Below are positions 27,234-39,899 of a stretch of 64,000 nt of DNA, in pieces; within the stretch, counting starts at the first letter, position 1; each line of letters opens with the position of its first letter. Source of the DNA: Octopus sinensis (Eukaryota). Location of the stretch: the NCBI RefSeq assembly GCF_006345805.1, contig NC_042999.1, forward strand, positions 102,610,001-102,674,000, given 5' to 3'. Position numbers and translations under genes: made by a program. Under the pieces are notes generated by a model. It worked only from the letters and a program-made list of their open reading frames with translations, had not been told where the DNA came from and made no database searches.

Positions 27234-28110
27234 CTCAGGACCACTACCATCAATGTTGGCACAATGAAAGGAAGGAGTGGAAAGATTATTGAAATGTTGG
27301 AGTGATGCCATGTTGATGTGTGTGGTGTGCAAGAAGTAAGATGGAGGGAAGCATCAGGTAGATTCCTCATGGGTAAGAGACAAGAGATTAAAATTCTTCT
27401 GGCTCAGCAGGAAGGATGGCATAGATGATGTAGGCATACTGTTAGCAGAAAAGTGGGTAGATAAGGTAATTGAGGTAGTCAGAGTATGTGATAGGGTAAT
27501 TAAGATGAGATTTATCCTAGATAAATTAAAAGTTACATTTATCTCTGTCTATGCTCCTCAGTCTGGGTTGACTGATGAACAGAAGGACCAATTCTATGAG
27601 GTCCTTTTGCAGACCACCTCAATGACAAATGACAGAGACTTTGTTATTGTGGCTGGTGACTTCAATGGATATGTTGGGCAGCATCCCCATGGATTCCAAG
27701 GAGTGCATGGGAACTGTAGCTTTGGACCTAGAAATGAGGAGGGAACAAGACTGCTTGAGTTCTGTGATGCAAGGGATCTCATGATCTGCAACATTAACTT
27801 AAAAAAACCAGTCAGCCACCTAATCACTTATCAGTCTGGTGAACACATAAGCCAGATTGACTACCTCCACACCAGGCAACAAGATAGATGGATGCTTAAA
27901 AATGTAAAGTCTTTCCCAGATGAAGAGTGTTCAATCCAATGTAGGTTACTAGTTAGTGACTTCAGAATTAGAGCTAGAAAGACTCAGAGAAATAAATCAA
28001 TCTGAAAAAAAGACTATGGAAGCTCAAAGACCCAACAAACAGACAAAAATTTAGAGATTTACTAACTGAAGCTTCTGATGAAAGATAGGAAGAATTGGGG
28101 GCATATAGCT
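27234..28110 (+). mobile_element. RTE-clade LINE APE endonuclease remnant
   Basis: ..INVGTMKGRS..VQEVRW.. then ORF 27505-28005 with SVYAPQSG..AGDFNG.VG..SQIDY. Frameshifted and truncated before the RT. Confidence 0.9.
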
Positions 28111-28167
28111 TAGAGGACAACTGGAAGTTCATAAATTGGAACATATAGCTTAGAGGACAATTGGAAG

Positions 28168-28201
<34 letters not shown>

Positions 28202-28519
28202 ATGGAGAAGAGAAATAGAGAAATAACGTGTGCGTTCGGTCATATAGTAATATAATAAATAAATAAAATATATGCACATATACATACATATATGTACATA
28301 CTTACATCTACATGTATATATACATGCATACATATATATATATATATGAGTACAGGACACCACAAATAAACGTAGAACACAACGAGAGACAAGAACATAA
28401 AATCAAACAGGGAAACGGACTTTTTTTAAACAACGAAAAAACAGAGTACAGGACAAACAATACAAGGAAAATTCCCCTTCATCAGCTGTCCCTGGTTCGA
28501 CTCAAAGTGTGTTTCGAAG

Positions 28520-28571
<52 letters not shown>

Positions 28572-30398
28572 GTTTATTAAAGCTGCAAAATTATCACAGA
28601 ACTGTTACTCAGTGTTTCATGTTCCTGTTCATCAAATAGTTGTGATAAATACTGAATTCAGTGAAACTCTGAGTAACAGTTCTGTTACAAAGCATTGGAA
28701 GCAAGCTCAAGAGTCACTCAAACAGAGAAGGAATAGACTTGATATGTAAATATGAGCCTTGGTCACACAGTCTCAGGAAACACCTGAGAATAGGATTCAT
28801 AGATTAGATGATAAGTGTACAAAAGTCTCTGTCATACACACTTAGGAGATGATGTCCCATTTCACTTTAAATGACTCCAATTTCCAGTGTGTCTTATTTT
28901 TGCCATGGCCATCAACAAATTGGAAGGGCAAGCATTTTTGGTTGCTGGTTTACACATTGAAGAATCCTGCTTCACTCATGGTCAGCTTTACACTGGATGA
29001 TCAAGAGGAGGAAGTAAGAAAAATCCTTACATCTATGGACCAAATAGAAAAACAAAAAATCTTTGTTTATTGATACATCATAAATTGCCTCAAATAATGT
29101 AGAATTCCATCCTGATCAAGGGGCCTATCCATTAGGAAGACATGGTGTGAGATTAAATAAAATAAATAGAAATAAAGGCATTCTACTGCCTTGCAACAAT
29201 GGGCTACTCAACTAGTATATATTTATATCATCGTTATCATCAGCATCATCATCATTTAACTTCCATTGTCCATGCTGGCATGCGTAGGGTGGTCTGACCA
29301 GAGCTGGCAAGCTGGGGAGCTTCACCAGACTCCAGTCTGTTTTGGCATGGTTTCTATGTCTGGATGCCCTTCCTAATACCAACCACTTTACAAAGTGTGC
29401 TGGATACTTTTACATGGCACCAGCACAGAACTCTTGCAGGCCAATTCTTTTATAAGTAGCTTATATAAATATATATATATTAAAAATATATATGTATCAA
29501 AAGATGTGTTATAACACTATTCCACATATACAAAAACAGCCATACCAACAATCCAACATACCTTCATCATCAGCTGCCTCATGGATATCATTATGGTTTT
29601 GACACCTGGGCAGTACCATTCAGTCTGGTGGTGTCAACAGCACTAAAAGAAGTGTTGTTGGGGAACAAACATACCCCCCTCCCCCCAAAACCTAAATCTA
29701 AATATAGGCAGGATTAAACACTATGTATACCTCATAAGCATCCAAGAGATTTTAAGGCCAGTGTCTAGCTCTGGTTTCATGAATTTGAACAGATGAGAAA
29801 TAAATCTTTCCTAGATAGGATGCTAGTCTGTTAGAAGTTATATATATCCTAATGACCTGGTAGCTTAACTTCATGACTGAGATAGTAAAATAAAAATAAT
29901 GATGTAAGTGGATGCTCTAAGAAATGCTTGCAACAGGCTGGCTATATAACTTACAATTTTGTTTTAAATTTGTGTGCTAACTAGAAACTCGATTTGTCTC
30001 GAAGAATAATTGAACTTAAGACTTCTGTGTTAGTAATGCAAAAACTTTTACCATTTTGCTTCTACATTGAACTGTCCAGCTCATGCAAGCATGGAAAACC
30101 AGAAGAAAAACAATAATGTGTATAGTTGTTACATGCTATTAGGATGAGCACTGTTTAATGTTGGTGCCAAAATAGGAGTAGATTATTATGTAATTTATAT
30201 TTCATTATTTACTTAGTCTAAGGAGAGCTGTATCTGTGCCCTTCAGAGCAGGAATCTCTAATCACTGAGCCACAGACCAGTACTAGATCACAGAGAAAAA
30301 ATTTTTAAATTTTATTTCTATTTTATTATCTATTGCAGTCTGCAGCATGTTTTTGCATTATATATGTTATATACATGTACTATATATGTAATGGTTAA

Positions 30399-30633
30399 GG
30401 CGGCGAGCTGGTAGAATTGTTTGCACGCCGGGTGAAATACTTAGCGGTATTTCATCTGCCGCTACATTCTGAGTTCAAATTCCGCCAAGGTCGACTTTGC
30501 CTTTCATCCTTTCAGGGTCAATTAAATAAGTACCAGTTACACAATAGGGTCGATGTAATCAACTTAATCCCTTTGTCTGTCCTTGTTTGTTCCCTCTATG
30601 TTTAGCCCCTTGTGGGCAATAAAGAAATATATT
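30399..30633 (+). mobile_element. Young full-length family-A SINE with 14-bp target-site duplication
   Basis: TSD tatgtaatggttaa at 30385-30398 and 30634-30647. Confidence 0.9.
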
Positions 30634-31103
30634 TATGTAATGGTTAAATTATATACTATATTACACAAGGTCACCACAAAGTGAGTCCTAGAATTTGTAG
30701 CCATTGTGAAGGTTTTAGTTTTATGATTACACCAAATTGTCATCATTGCCTTTATTATTTCAAGTTCACTTTCAATGCTGTCGTAGACTGGGTGGTTTGA
30801 CATGATTTAACAGCCTGATGGTATTTGTCCAAACATGTAGTTAGTAGTTGACTTCATCCAACTGTTAGCTGACATCTCACTGACACGTATGGGTGTGAAT
30901 ATTTACAGCTCTAAAATTATTGTAATCATCTATTAATTAATTAAATTTAGCTTTTCAAAAACTATTTAACAAAAGCTATTTAACACATGAGAAACATTTT
31001 TTTTTGCTGCTTTAAATTTGAATGGATTTTGTAAACAGAAACTTTAAGAAGCTCATTGATATATATATACATGCATATATATATATATATATATATATTT
31101 CAA

Positions 31104-31136
<33 letters not shown>

Positions 31137-31251
31137 TATTATTATTATTATTGTTATTATTATTATTCATGCCTTATGGCGTAGTGGTTAAGAGTGTGGG
31201 CTACTAACCCCAAGATTCTGAGTTTGATTCCCAGCAGTGGCCTGAATAATA

Positions 31252-31380
31252 ATTAGAAAAGCACTCGGAGAGTGCAGACCTCTGCCAAGTAGCTCATTTT
31301 CACCCATATACACGCATGCTGAAAATCACCTGATTTCCCAAACCAACGCTGGCAAAAACATAACCTCCTTGGCGAGATTA
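31252..31380 (-). mobile_element. Miniature Helentron-type (HINE-like) element
   Basis: Minus strand shows subterminal IRs ctcgccaag..cttggcagag, a 3' stem-loop GCACTC-tcc-GAGTGC and a ttttctaatt end, in T-rich flanks. Confidence 0.6.
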
Positions 31381-31465
31381 AAAAAAAATAACACAGCCAT
31401 ATGATTTAAAAAAAAACCCTTTAAAAACAGGAATCATCTGAAGCACACATAATATATATATATTA

Positions 31466-31496
<31 letters not shown>

Positions 31497-32475
31497 ATGT
31501 CTGTGTATGGGTGTATGTATATTTGTATCTCCTTGTCTTGACATCATGTGATAGTTTTAAATAAGAGTCACTGACATACATGCTGTGTCATTCATTTCCT
31601 ATATTCTGTTAGAACATGTCTGGCCACGGGGAAATATTACTTAGCTTGCAAACAGGTAAAGGTTGTTGATAGAAAGGGTATCCAACTGTAGAATATCTGC
31701 CTCAATAAACTTTGTCTGGCCCATGTAAGCATGGAAAAACGGACATTAAAATGATGGTGATGATGATGAATTTTCTTTCGTGTTTAGTCAGGGGAAGAAG
31801 GTAGTATTCTTGACCAGTTTTAGAGCTTCTGAGATAGATGGGAAGAAGTGGATGGGTGATGGTTATTCTTCAAAAAGAAGTCTACAAAATGGACTCTTCT
31901 AAGGCCACTCACAAACTGGGCATCTGATTAATTGAATCTCCCACCCACACACATAAATGGTCTCTCCAACTGGTTTTCACACAATTTTATTGTATCAAAT
32001 TTTCACTTATAAGCTCCCAGGCTATGGTCAAAGACATTTCCTAGGATTGAACCTGAAACCATGTAGTTGTGAAGTACAGTTCTTTACCACACAGCCTTGC
32101 CTGCACCCATTAAAGAAGGGCAGTGTATTGTAGCATGGTCATAGATATAGTGTTTATGTATTTTAAAAAAATGTTTTCAATTATTTATTAAAAATATAAA
32201 ATCTATAAAACCATTTAAATGTTTTCAAATCATATGACTTTCCTTTCAAAAAGAATAAAAATCATCACAATCACCTATAATTGACAAATTAAACAAAACT
32301 ATACACACATGCTTTACTCTAATTTTTTATTTATTTACAAACCAATGGTAAAAAAAATTCAGAAATATTTTCTGATTCAATTATAATAAAAGCATATTGT
32401 TTTATATTTTGTTTTTTAAAAGTAATTTTATTAACAAAATATACAATGTGAGTCTGTTTTTTGTTGCTCATGAAA

Positions 32476-32800
32476 TACAAGGTGCATTCCAGAAGTTTTG
32501 AGACTTTTCCAGGAGAGACATCTATTAATTTCAGCCTAATACAAAACTGTAATTTTCCTCAAAGTAGGATCTGTTGACTTCAGTGCACTTATTGTAGCAC
32601 ACCAGTCACTTCATGAAGGTCTCGTTGAAGTCTTCCAAAGTGAAGATGTCCAAGACCTTTGTTACAACTTTCTTCATTTTCTCCTTCAGCTTGGTAAACA
32701 CCCAAAAGTCACATGGGGCAAGGTCTGGACAGCAGGGAGGGTGAGAAACAGTTTCGATGCCTATCTCTGTCAAGTATTTGGCTACCAAGATGAAAGTTTC
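32476..32800 (-). mobile_element. Mariner transposase C-terminal remnant
   Basis: ORF 32606-32788(-) has TVSHPPCCPDLAPCDFWVFTKLKEK. A TA+CAAGGTG terminus is at about 32476. Confidence 0.8.
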
Positions 32801-34526
32801 TGTAGCATTTTAGCCCCATATAACAAAACTTTATTGCATAGCAAGCTTCCAAATTGCCTTCACAGCATGAGTGATAAGGATGCTGAATAATGATGTTGAT
32901 GTGACTTAGGATGGCAGTGCATCTCTTCTGTTCTCTGTATAGCACTTCCAGTGTAACTAAGGATGCCACTGGAACTATCTGACTTTCTCACCTACACTCA
33001 CCTCCCCCTCTCATCCTTATCACTCATGCTGTCTTGTTCATCTTGAGGTACATGCTTAAAGAACCTCTTAAGATATACATGTACCTCACTCTCTGTTTAA
33101 ACTCCTCCTCCCCTTGGCCTTTTGGATTTGACATCCATCATTCACTTTCACTATTTATCTTTCTCTTGTTACCCACCATGCTGTCGCTCTTATCTTCCTT
33201 GGCACTGGTGCCATGTTAAAATGCAACCAGAGCTCTCTGAAAAATGGTTAGTGTTAGGAAGGGCATCTCTCTATAGGAATGAAGGTCAAAATGAAACTTA
33301 CAAGCAAAATGTGGTCTTCCAAGCCATCTAGGACATCAGTATTTACTAGTCCAACATGTGTCAGCTTGGAAATCATCTTCATCATCATCGTCATTACTTA
33401 ACATCTGTTGTCCATGCTGGCATAGGTTGGGTGGTTTGATCTGAGCTGGCAGTCTGATTTGGCATGGTTTCTATGGCTGGATGCCCTCCCTAACACCAAC
33501 CACTTTACAGAGTGTGCTGGGTACTTTTATGTGGCCTCAAACAGGCCCTTTTACATAGCACTTCATGGATGTTTTTATGTGGTGCTGCATGGGTGCTTTT
33601 ATGTAGCACTGCATGAGCGCTATCATGCAGTACCACACATGTGCTTTTAAGTGGCACTGTACAGGCACTTTTAAGTGATGTCACATGGGTGCTTTTATGT
33701 GGCACTGTATGGGAGCTGTTACGTGACACCACACAGGTACTTTTTATGTGACACTGCCATAAATGCTTTTTACATGGCACTGGCCCAGGACTCTTGCAGG
33801 TCAATTCTCACCACTGGGGGTACCAGTCTTAACACTTCTGCAGTGGAGCATGGGTCTTCTTGAATAAGCTGCTAAGCATCTTAGTCCTTTGTCCTGAAAT
33901 ATTCGGTGTCCTGAGGTTGTTCTTCAGCACTTTGTCCAATGTCTTCCTGGGTCATGGAAAGTGGACATAAAATGATGATGATTGCCATGATGACATCACC
34001 ACTGCTACTGATGTATTGCAGTGCTAAAATCGTAAATAAAAATGTATTTCCTGTTTCATATGATACCAGTCTATCAGGCACAAGGCAGGAAAGCGCTTCA
34101 GAGATTCAGCTCAGATCAAAACAGCCCAGCTAGATTTATAAATTGTAATATTTTATGTCATCATCATCATCACCATCACTACTCTCACAACTACCACACC
34201 ATTACTGTCACCACTATCACTACCAGAAGCCATCATCGACTTGCAATTAGTGAAACTTTTGATCAGTAAATACCATTCCAGAAATTGTGAATGATATTTA
34301 CATTAGTGGAGATGACAAATGAAAGACAGGCTTTTATATTATAATTAAACATCCTTAATCAAACAGCAACAACGATAATAACAATAACGTTCCGGATGTC
34401 CGATGTCTGATCAGAAAAATATATGACCACACTGCAATTTTGTTTTGCCAGGATATCCACTAATGGCATGATCACTTGTTTTATTGATGCTAATTGCATA
34501 ATTTATGGTTAATATATGCTTTTAGT

Positions 34527-34840
34527 GTGGAGGTGCAATGGCCCAGTGGTTAGGGCAGTGGACTTGCAGTCGTAGGATTCTGGTTTCGACTCCCAGACTG
34601 GGCATTGTGAGTGTTTATTGAGCAAAAACACCTAAAGCTCCACGAGGCTCCAGCAGGGGGTGGTGGCAATCCCTGCTGTACTTTTTCACCACAACTTTCT
34701 CTCATGCTTTCTTCTGTTGGCCTGCTCACTTAGCCAGCGGGGTGATGTCATTTGAAGGCTAAAACAGTGCGAAGCTCATTGTGACCAGCGATGTGTAGCA
34801 ACATCTGATAGCCTGGTCGGTCATGGTGATCACGGTGATA
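34527..34840 (+). mobile_element. tRNA-derived SINE, family E (fragments at about 37982-38100 and 53460-53720)
   Basis: A-box tggcccagtggttag and B-box ggtttcgactccc. Imperfect TSD atatgctt(t/c)tagt on both sides. Confidence 0.8.
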
Positions 34841-37119
34841 TGCTTCTAGTAAGGTTGTGAGCTGGCAGAATCATGAGCATACTGAACAAAATGCTTAGTG
34901 GTATTTTGTCTGTCTTTGCATTCTGAGTTCAAATTCTGTCAACGTTGACTTTGTCTTTCATCCTTCCAAAGTTGATAAAATGAGTACCAGTTGAGCACTG
35001 GGATTGATCTAATCGAGCTATCCTCTCCTTGCTGGCCTTGTGCTGCAATATGATATCAGTGTATGCTTCTAGTTGAGAAGTAAGCTTTTTAACACACAGC
35101 CATGTGTACATAGTTTTCTCACAGAGTATTGGTCAGTCCAAAGCCCTAGTAGAAGGCACAACCATGCAGTGGAATTGAACCCAGAACCAATTATTATTTA
35201 TATTATTGTTGTTTAGCTCTTAGTCAATCCTGATTGAGCAGGCCTATCATCAAAAGCATTCTCATATTTTTAGGGGTAATTAGGACTACATTATCAAGTA
35301 AATCCTTTTTTTATGGTGTTTGGGTATAATTTGAGAGGGAATTAGCTACTCTTTGTAGCAAATCAAGTATAATTGTTATTATTGAGGAAGTTAATAGCAG
35401 GATCTGAGAAAAATGCCTTATAGTATTCATTCTGGAATTTTATGTTTTGAAACAAATTTCCAAGATGAACTACCTTTTTTTCCCCCTCTGGGAGTTGATA
35501 AAACAGGGTACCAGTCAAGTACTAGGGTCAATAAATATTTAGCCATTTAGCTGTGTCTTTTTACATTCTGAGCTTGCTGAGTTGTCACACTGGTGGATTT
35601 TACATTAGTTTCACTTATGAGTATTTAAGTTACTCAATCAACTGGACTTCTACTCATTAGATTCACATTAAGTGGCTGAGTATTCACAGAAGGTATTAAC
35701 CCTTTTAGCATTTGAATAATTCTGTCAAATGTAATGTTTTTTTATTGATAAGAGGCACCAATTAGGCACTCGTAAGAGGCACCTGTAAGGGCACCCATAA
35801 GAAGTACCTGTAAGAGGCACCCATAAGAGAAACCTGTACTGGTGACATGTAAAAGGCACCTGTTCCTATGACACGTAAAAGACACCCAGTACACATTGTG
35901 GAGTAGTTGGCATTATGAAGAGCATCCAGCCATAGAAACCATGCCAAAATTGACAATGGAGCCTGGTGCAGCTTTCCAGCTTACCAGCTCCAGAGAAACC
36001 GTCTTACCCATGCTGTCATGGAGAACACATGCTAAATGATGATAACGATCATGTTATCTCATAGCTTTGAGATTTCAATGATGTGATTGTATATTTTTAA
36101 GATGACATTGTAGTGTTGGTGTGAGAGGCCAGATCTGGCTTGTTTGAATATAAAGCAGGTAGAACATTTTAGCTGAATATGGCTGGTTTAAGTGCCAAAA
36201 AGTTTAATGTCATTCTCAGGTAGAATCTGCTTCACACTGTGTGTGACCAGGCTGAACTATTGAATAACAGATACAATCTATGTAGAAGGCTTCTATTAAA
36301 ATTCCACTCACAAGGCTTGGATCTATCCAAGGCTATGTTAAAAGCTGTTACACCAACATGTGATAATGTGACATTCAACCTTAAGATCTCATGATTGGGA
36401 AGTGAACTTCTTAACCAATCAGTTATGTCTGCATCCATTAATCATCATCTTCATCATCATCATTTAGTGTCTGCTTTCCATGCTGGCATGGGTTAGACAG
36501 TTTGACTGGAGCTGGTAAGCTGGAATGCTCCACTAAGTTCCAGTCTGGTTTGGCATAGTTTCTAAGGTTGGATACTGTTCCTAATGCCAGCCATTCCAAG
36601 AGTGTAATGGTTGCTTTTCACATGCCACTGGCACGGGTACTTTTATGTGTCACCAGCATGGGTGCCAGTTATGTGACACTGCATCGACCATGACCACGAC
36701 CATGACTACAATTTCACTAAGCTTGATGAGTCTTAAGGTCTCAGTTACATTAAAGGTTCTACATTGGTTTGTTACTTGTTAACCCCTTACCCAACAATTA
36801 TTTTGAAAATAAATGTATTTTTTCAGACATATTTTTTAATTGTTTTATTTTACTATGTTTTGAATGGTGATTTCAAGGTATATTTCAAACCTTATTTATT
36901 ATGAATTTTAATTCAATAATATTGATTTTAAATTACTGCTTTGGGCAGAAACGAGTTAACCTGTTTTTTTCATAAATCATATTACTTTTACAAAAAATCA
37001 TGTTATTTTATTTGGTTATCGACATGGTGGGGTTATAATATAAAGGTATAAAAAAAACAACGTAAAAACAAAGTGAATACTTCTATTCATAAAATGTGCC
37101 TTCCAACCCTTCGACTGTC

Positions 37120-37455
37120 TCTAGGTGACTAAATCATACTTGGTCTTCAATGCCTTACTCAAGCGAAAGGTGGCAGAAATCGTCACTGCCAGACGTATAA
37201 TCCTCTGTACTGTCCTCAGATTGACACCCAAACACTCTGAAATGTTCATATTGGAGCTTCCAGTGTGAATGTCAAGCAGTACAGCATGTCGTTTCCAAAT
37301 TTCTGGCAGAGTGAATTGCATCATGGTACTGGTTTTCTCACAGATGGTGCCCAACCGACCCTACTATATTGTGTAGTCTACAAAATCAAGAACAAACAAT
37401 GCACATGTGTGAAATTAATGATATTAAATGGTGCCAATTTATCCACTGCACTTTG
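37120..37455 (-). mobile_element. Tc1/mariner-superfamily N-terminal HTH remnant
   Basis: ORF 37121-37354(-) reads ..KRHAVLLDIHTGSSNMNISECLGVNLRTVQRI.., a typical transposase HTH. A TA-flanked terminus lies near 37455. Confidence 0.6.
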
Positions 37456-37540
37456 TATATATGTATGTATATATATCATCATCATCATCATCATCATCGT
37501 TTAACGTCCGTTAAACGATGATGATGATGATGATGATGAT

Positions 37541-37584
<44 letters not shown>

Positions 37585-37870
37585 TTATATTATATGCATA
37601 TATGTGTGTATGTATGCTTGAACATGAGACTACTTGTCTAAGTATTAATCTTCCTTTCCCTTCTACTTTCTTTTTGCCTCTAAGCAGTTATGACAGTGAA
37701 AGCTAATTAGGTCATTTTATCTAAACTGGAACACATGATTTCCATCTTCATATTTGAATCTTTTGCATTTCTATAACATTATTTGCTTTTATTCATTCTT
37801 GAACTGGATGCGTATATAATAATAATAAGCCAGCTGACTAAAAACCTCTAGTGAGACTTCTTTTATCAGT

Positions 37871-37915
37871 GTACCTGAAGAGACCCAGAGTGATGGCTTG
37901 AAACATATGTTGCAC
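37871..37915 (+). ncRNA. Degenerate minimal hammerhead motif
   Basis: GUAC-CUGAAGA-GACC..GGCUU-GAA-ACAUAUGU-U-GCAC. Stem III is palindromic; stems I and II have mismatches. Confidence 0.5.
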
Positions 37916-38093
37916 CTCATAAAAGTCTATAATGAACTCCGTCTCCTATTATTAATTACTACTATTATTTATATATATATATTGGCCTGCTCGCTTAGCC
38001 AGCGGGGTGGCGTCATTCGAAGGCTAAAACAATGCGAACGCATTGTGACCAGCGATGTGTAACAACATCTGATGGTCTGGTCGGTCACGTGAT

Positions 38094-38134
<41 letters not shown>

Positions 38135-38283
38135 GTAAGATATAAGTTAGAGGTAATGTAACCATCTAAGGGATAGATGTATCAATAGGTACTCCTGCTA
38201 TTACCTCAGTATGTGTGGTCCTTGTTATCAGGTATATGGTAGTAGGTAATTTAAAAGGTAAAACCGTGGTTTAATATATATAA

Positions 38284-38429
38284 AGACAATGAGAAATGGA
38301 GCAATAAATAAATGTGAGAAGTGGATCATTGGTGTTATAAAGTCATACTCTCATTTTAATTAAATAATGACTTTATAACACCAACGATCCACTTCTCACT
38401 GTTATTTATTGCTCCATTTCTCATCGTCT
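38284..38429. repeat. Long inverted repeat (about 62-bp arms, 22-nt loop)
   Basis: 38284-38345 is the near-perfect reverse complement of 38368-38429. Confidence 0.9.
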
Positions 38430-38458
38430 CTCTCTCTCTCTCCCTATATATATATATA

Positions 38459-38693
38459 CTGTTGTGGGGAGAGTAATTTTCTTTTTGTACCTTATAATTT
38501 AACACTCACCAGTAAAATTTCCACTTATTACTTATTTTTATTTTCCTAAAATTTTTGTTGTGTCTTGCAACCTTTTCAATAGTCTTGACTCTTGAGAAAA
38601 TTTTAGGAAAATAAAAATAATAAGTGGAAATTTTACCAGTGAGTGTTAAATTATAAGGCACAAAAAGTAAATGACTCTCCCCAGACACAACAG
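38459..38693. mobile_element. Hairpin MITE (about 97-bp arms)
   Basis: Termini CTGTTGTG..CACAACAG and arms 38459-38555 / 38597-38693. A fragment of the same terminus is at about 55877. Confidence 0.8.
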
Positions 38694-38800
38694 AATATGC
38701 TTCCACACATGAACTCACATAAAGAATCTTGCAAACCAAATCCAAAAAACGAAATATATATATATATATAAAGCTTAAAATTGAATAGAAGATCTGAAAT

Positions 38801-38846
38801 CCACCTGATGAATGTCCTTAGAAGAGACACGGAACAATTGTAGTGG
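38801..38846 (+). ncRNA. Degenerate minimal hammerhead motif (GAAA core mutated)
   Basis: CCAC-CUGAUGA-AUGUC..GACAC-GGA-ACAAUUGU-A-GUGG. Stem I is perfect and stem III is palindromic. Confidence 0.55.
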
Positions 38847-39753
38847 CGAATTTAATTTTATTTAATTTATATTAAATTTTTTTATGTATTAGATTAAGTC
38901 TTTCTTTGTTTGATTTGCAAAATAGTGGTTTTGTCTCTAATTAATATTATATAATATTTTGCTATAAAATTGGATTCAATCCTAAATCTGATTTTTCCCT
39001 GTAAATTTGAATTTATTCCCTAATATTTATTATTATATATATATATATAAAGATTCTTTTTCCCATCCAACCCGTGCTAGCGCGGAAAACGGACGTTAAA
39101 CGATGATGATGATGATATATATATCTGTTACACTCTTTTCACACTTTTGTACACTTAGCTACCCACTTACCTTTTTATTCCTCTATCCTTACTCTCTCAT
39201 ATTCACCTTGCACCTTGTGGGTATACCCAGACCACTTCTCTCTCTCTCTCTCCAGCTGGGGGAGCTATGTATTTGCCTCTTCAGCAAGATACCTTTTGCT
39301 ATCCTTCTATTATACTTTCCCCTCCTTCACTACTCTACAGTTGAGGGGTCTGGTCTTGCAAGTCACTTGGTGACCTCACCAGTGCTGGTGCCATGAAAAT
39401 CCTCACTCAGTACACTCTCTAAAGTGTTTGGTATAACAAAGCTGTAAAAATCATACCAAAACAGATATTGGTGATTGGTGCAGTCCTTTGGCTTGTAAGT
39501 TCCTATTGAAACCTCTAACCCATGCCAGCATGGAAAAAGGATTTTAAATAATAATGATGATGGTATATATCTTCCATTTATTGTACTTGTGCATATGACT
39601 TTTACCCTTGCTGTAAGAAATGTATTGTATTTTTTGTGGGCCCTACCGTGGCCAATAAAGATGAGATTCTTGTTGCCTCTTCTGTTTGACATTGTATTTC
39701 TATGATTTATTTCTCTCTTTAATTTTCGCTTCTTTTCTGGTATTGTTTCATAG

Positions 39754-39865
39754 GTATTTGGAATTCTCTTCACAATTGGGATGAGGACCGTTGTAAACCA
39801 AGCTTCTGTATTTGCAGCAAATCTCTCAATATGTATTGCCTTGCTTATTGGATTAATTCTCACAT
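39754..39865 (+). CDS. FLVCR: FLVCR/SLC49-family transporter, internal exon: VFGILFTIGMRTVVNQASVFAANLSICIALLIGLILT(C)
   Basis: In phase with the preceding exon. Resembles the recalled FLVCR1 IFGILFT..GNIFLCVWMFIGIILTA. tttcatag acceptor, t|gtaag donor, 112 bp. Confidence 0.92.
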
Positions 39866-39899
39866 GTAAGTTACTGTTTTGTGCAATTGATTGACATTT

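Noticed and set aside
28470-28520. Minus-strand ctgatga as another hammerhead (also the gaaacagctgta near 47870)
   Set aside because: Only half of the catalytic core is present in the right order and the three stems cannot be built.
34527-34600. tRNA gene (also SINE heads at about 24020-24088 and 47580-47650)
   Set aside because: A/B boxes are present but there is no complete cloverleaf, and each continues into a SINE body.
39363-39863. 166-aa minus-strand ORF overlapping the exon at 39754
   Set aside because: It is the antisense shadow of the FLVCR exon plus a SINE, with no independent homology.
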